From: Macrostomum hystrix
Lineage: Eukaryota; Animalia; Platyhelminthes
Length of the DNA: 64,000 nucleotides
Direction: 5' to 3'
Assembly (NCBI GenBank): GCA_950097015.1
Contig: CATNEN010000038.1
Coordinates: 2,108,001-2,172,000 of the forward strand
The notes under the pieces: model-generated
The model's database searches: none
The model's input: the letters and a program-made list of their open reading frames with translations, nothing else
What the model was told of the DNA's origin: nothing
Shown here: piece after piece, positions 61,951 through 64,000 of the stretch
How the letters are laid out: the number at the start of each line of letters is the position of its first letter
Position numbering within the stretch: position 1 is the first letter of the stretch
Position numbers and translations under genes: made by a program

Positions 61951-63229
61951 CTGAAAGTTAGAAGTAGTCCGAATGACAGGGGACCTGTGTTGAAAAATCT
62001 TTCTCTTCTCTTCAGTGGGAGAGGCTAAGCCTCTGTATATTTTAGCAAAGCACTGTACGCCAGCCTCTCTCTTTCTTCTATCCCAGGCTGGCTGGAGAGA
62101 AATATCGACCGGAGAGCCCTGCGCACTGGGACGCCACCGCACTCACCGCACTCAGTCTCAGTGCTGCTTGGGGGCCAGTAGACAGTCTAGGGGTTTGGGC
62201 TGTGTACATTCACGGCTTGAAATACAATGTACAGTCTGGGGCTTCGGCGCCCGGGGAAGGGAGGGGGTGGCTGTAATAAAATTTGGCCCGCAGAGTGGCG
62301 GAGGGGAGTTGGGGTGGCTGTCCTCGGAAAACAAAAAGTGACTCACTTTGAGATGATGCAGCTTTGCTCTGGATTGAGTAGAGATGTTCAAAATTGACAG
62401 CATTGTTGGAAAACATGTAAAGTGTAAGTGGATCAAATTAGGAGAAAATCTGACAAAGTGGGGCGACGATATGTCGAATTGAGTGATTTTTTGACGATTT
62501 TTGAGCAGTTTTTTGCACTTTTGAGCAGGAAGGAAATGATTTTTCGGGAATTTGAGTAGCCTATTGCACTCAGCGTAGGTGGTTTTAGGTATGTGCAAAG
62601 TTTGGTGCGATTTGGTTGAGCGGTTTCGGCGTCTATAAAGACAAAAGGTTGCACACAGACAGACAGACAGACAGAGTTTTCACTTTTATATATATAGATT
62701 TCTGAAATAACTAAAGAAAGCATCTAACTGAAGAATTAACATTGCATGTCTTCAAAGACAGTCACTGAGAAGCTTGTATTGAGCAGTTTAGTTAAATTAA
62801 AAAGCAACGTTGGTTAGAACCTGAGGAGAAGGACATTTCCAGACAGCTCAGCAGATTAATCATAATCCCGCGCAATTCAGGAAGACAAAGCGGCGAAGGG
62901 CTCTGAACACATTTCTGAGCACATTTCTGAGCACATTTTTGAGGCCGCCGGCCGGCCCCAAACCCCATGGGCAAAATCTCCCAAAGCCAATCTGGCAGTT
63001 TGATAATCCGCGTCTCACACAATGTCGATGTTGTCGCTAACTGTGACCGCTAGATTCAGTCTTTAATCTTTTATTTATAACAATTTTTAATTTTCGAATT
63101 GCACGCATGCCTGTTCGTGATTAAAAAATGCTTCTTACGCTACTTAACTAAGTAGCTTGGCAATTTTCGCGACTTTTCATTGTTTGATATTACTTGATTG
63201 CATCCGCCCCAGTTGGGCCAGATGTGTAG

Positions 63230-63465
63230 ACGACAGCACAGCCGCAGGCATCTGAAGTCTGCGTACGGCTGTTCAGTCCATGGACTGGGGGGACGCCACA
63301 CCCACCCTCGATTACCCCAGCTAATGCCAGTACCCATTTAACAGCCAGCTGGGTGAACTGAAGCAATGGAGAGTTAAGTGTCTTGCTAAATGGACACAAA
63401 TTGTGCCAGTGGAGTTGGGAATCGAACCCCGGACATATCAATCGTGAGTCCGACGCACTTCCAGT
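63230..63465 (-). mobile_element. tRNA-derived SINE with a CORE-like central domain
   Basis: B box GGTTCGATTCC, then GTGTCCATTTAGCAAGACACTTAACTC...CACCCAGCTG..AAATGGGTAC; boundaries approximate. Confidence 0.65.
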
Positions 63466-63947
63466 GTCTGAAACTAAAGTCGGGAATTCCAAAAGCCGCT
63501 AACTTTTGTCAAGGATTTCCCCAAAAAATCTACAAAAAGTCCCAAATTTTGCTGGGAATAAAGTTTCGAAAGTTTCCAAACTAAAAAATATTTACTCGAA
63601 TAACATTGTAAGTAAATCTCAGTTTTTTCTAGAAGTTTAGGGAAATATATATTTTTTTCACATGTGTCAGAGCTGAAAATTCCCCTTCAATATCGAAATA
63701 TTTACTACTCTGTTCTAATCTTTAAGAAAATTCACAACTGAGTGACTTCTAGGCAAACACGTTCTTTCTGGGCTGGCAACATGAAAGTAATCAATCATTT
63801 TGGACCCGAGAACCTGGCCCAAGCTGCTTCAGCATATGCGGCAGGCCAGTCAATATTCTGCTTCACGGACAGACAGGACACAGTTTGCTAAATCATGGAA
63901 AAGACTGCATTTTCACTTTGCAGAAGCGCAAAAATAAAGAGAAGAGA

Positions 63948-64000
63948 TGAGACAGGAGAAATGAGACAGGAGAGATGAGACAGGAGAGATGAGACAGGAG
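63948..64000 (+). repeat. 13-14 bp tandem repeat running off the window edge
   Basis: ATGAGACAGGAGA(G) copies. Confidence 0.85.

Larger units (their letters stand above)
40130..62698 (-). mobile_element. Helitron, internally deleted and interrupted by a 19.5-kb insertion
   Basis: 5' end A|TCTATATATATAAAAG...(GTCT)n at 62698. 3' end TGCCC..GGGCA hairpin, then CTAG|T at 40130. N-terminal RepHel coding region lies between them. Confidence 0.85.

Overview
Eukaryotic (animal) genomic DNA with spliceosomal introns, many transposons and many minisatellites. The style resembles a free-living flatworm such as Macrostomum, but that is inference. Host genes: Rab10 (-), a Src-family kinase (+), a C10orf67-like coiled-coil gene (-) and one orphan poly-Cys exon (+). 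Mobile elements: a Crypton-type tyrosine recombinase, a complete 7-exon Sola2-type transposon (TIRs, AATA TSD) with a mariner nested in it, a Merlin derivative, a piggyBac-like MITE, tRNA-derived SINEs and an internally deleted Helitron (40130-62698, -). The highlight is a ~19.5-kb Foldback/NOF-like (Mutator superfamily) element at 42326-61825 that splits the Helitron ORF with an 8-bp TSD. Its inverted arms are an 85-bp cap plus a near-perfect 184-bp satellite array (~10.5 copies left, ~65.5 right). Its single gene encodes an uninterrupted DDE transposase fused to a Ulp1/SENP-type protease and a PHD finger. All family assignments come from recalled motifs; no database search was run.
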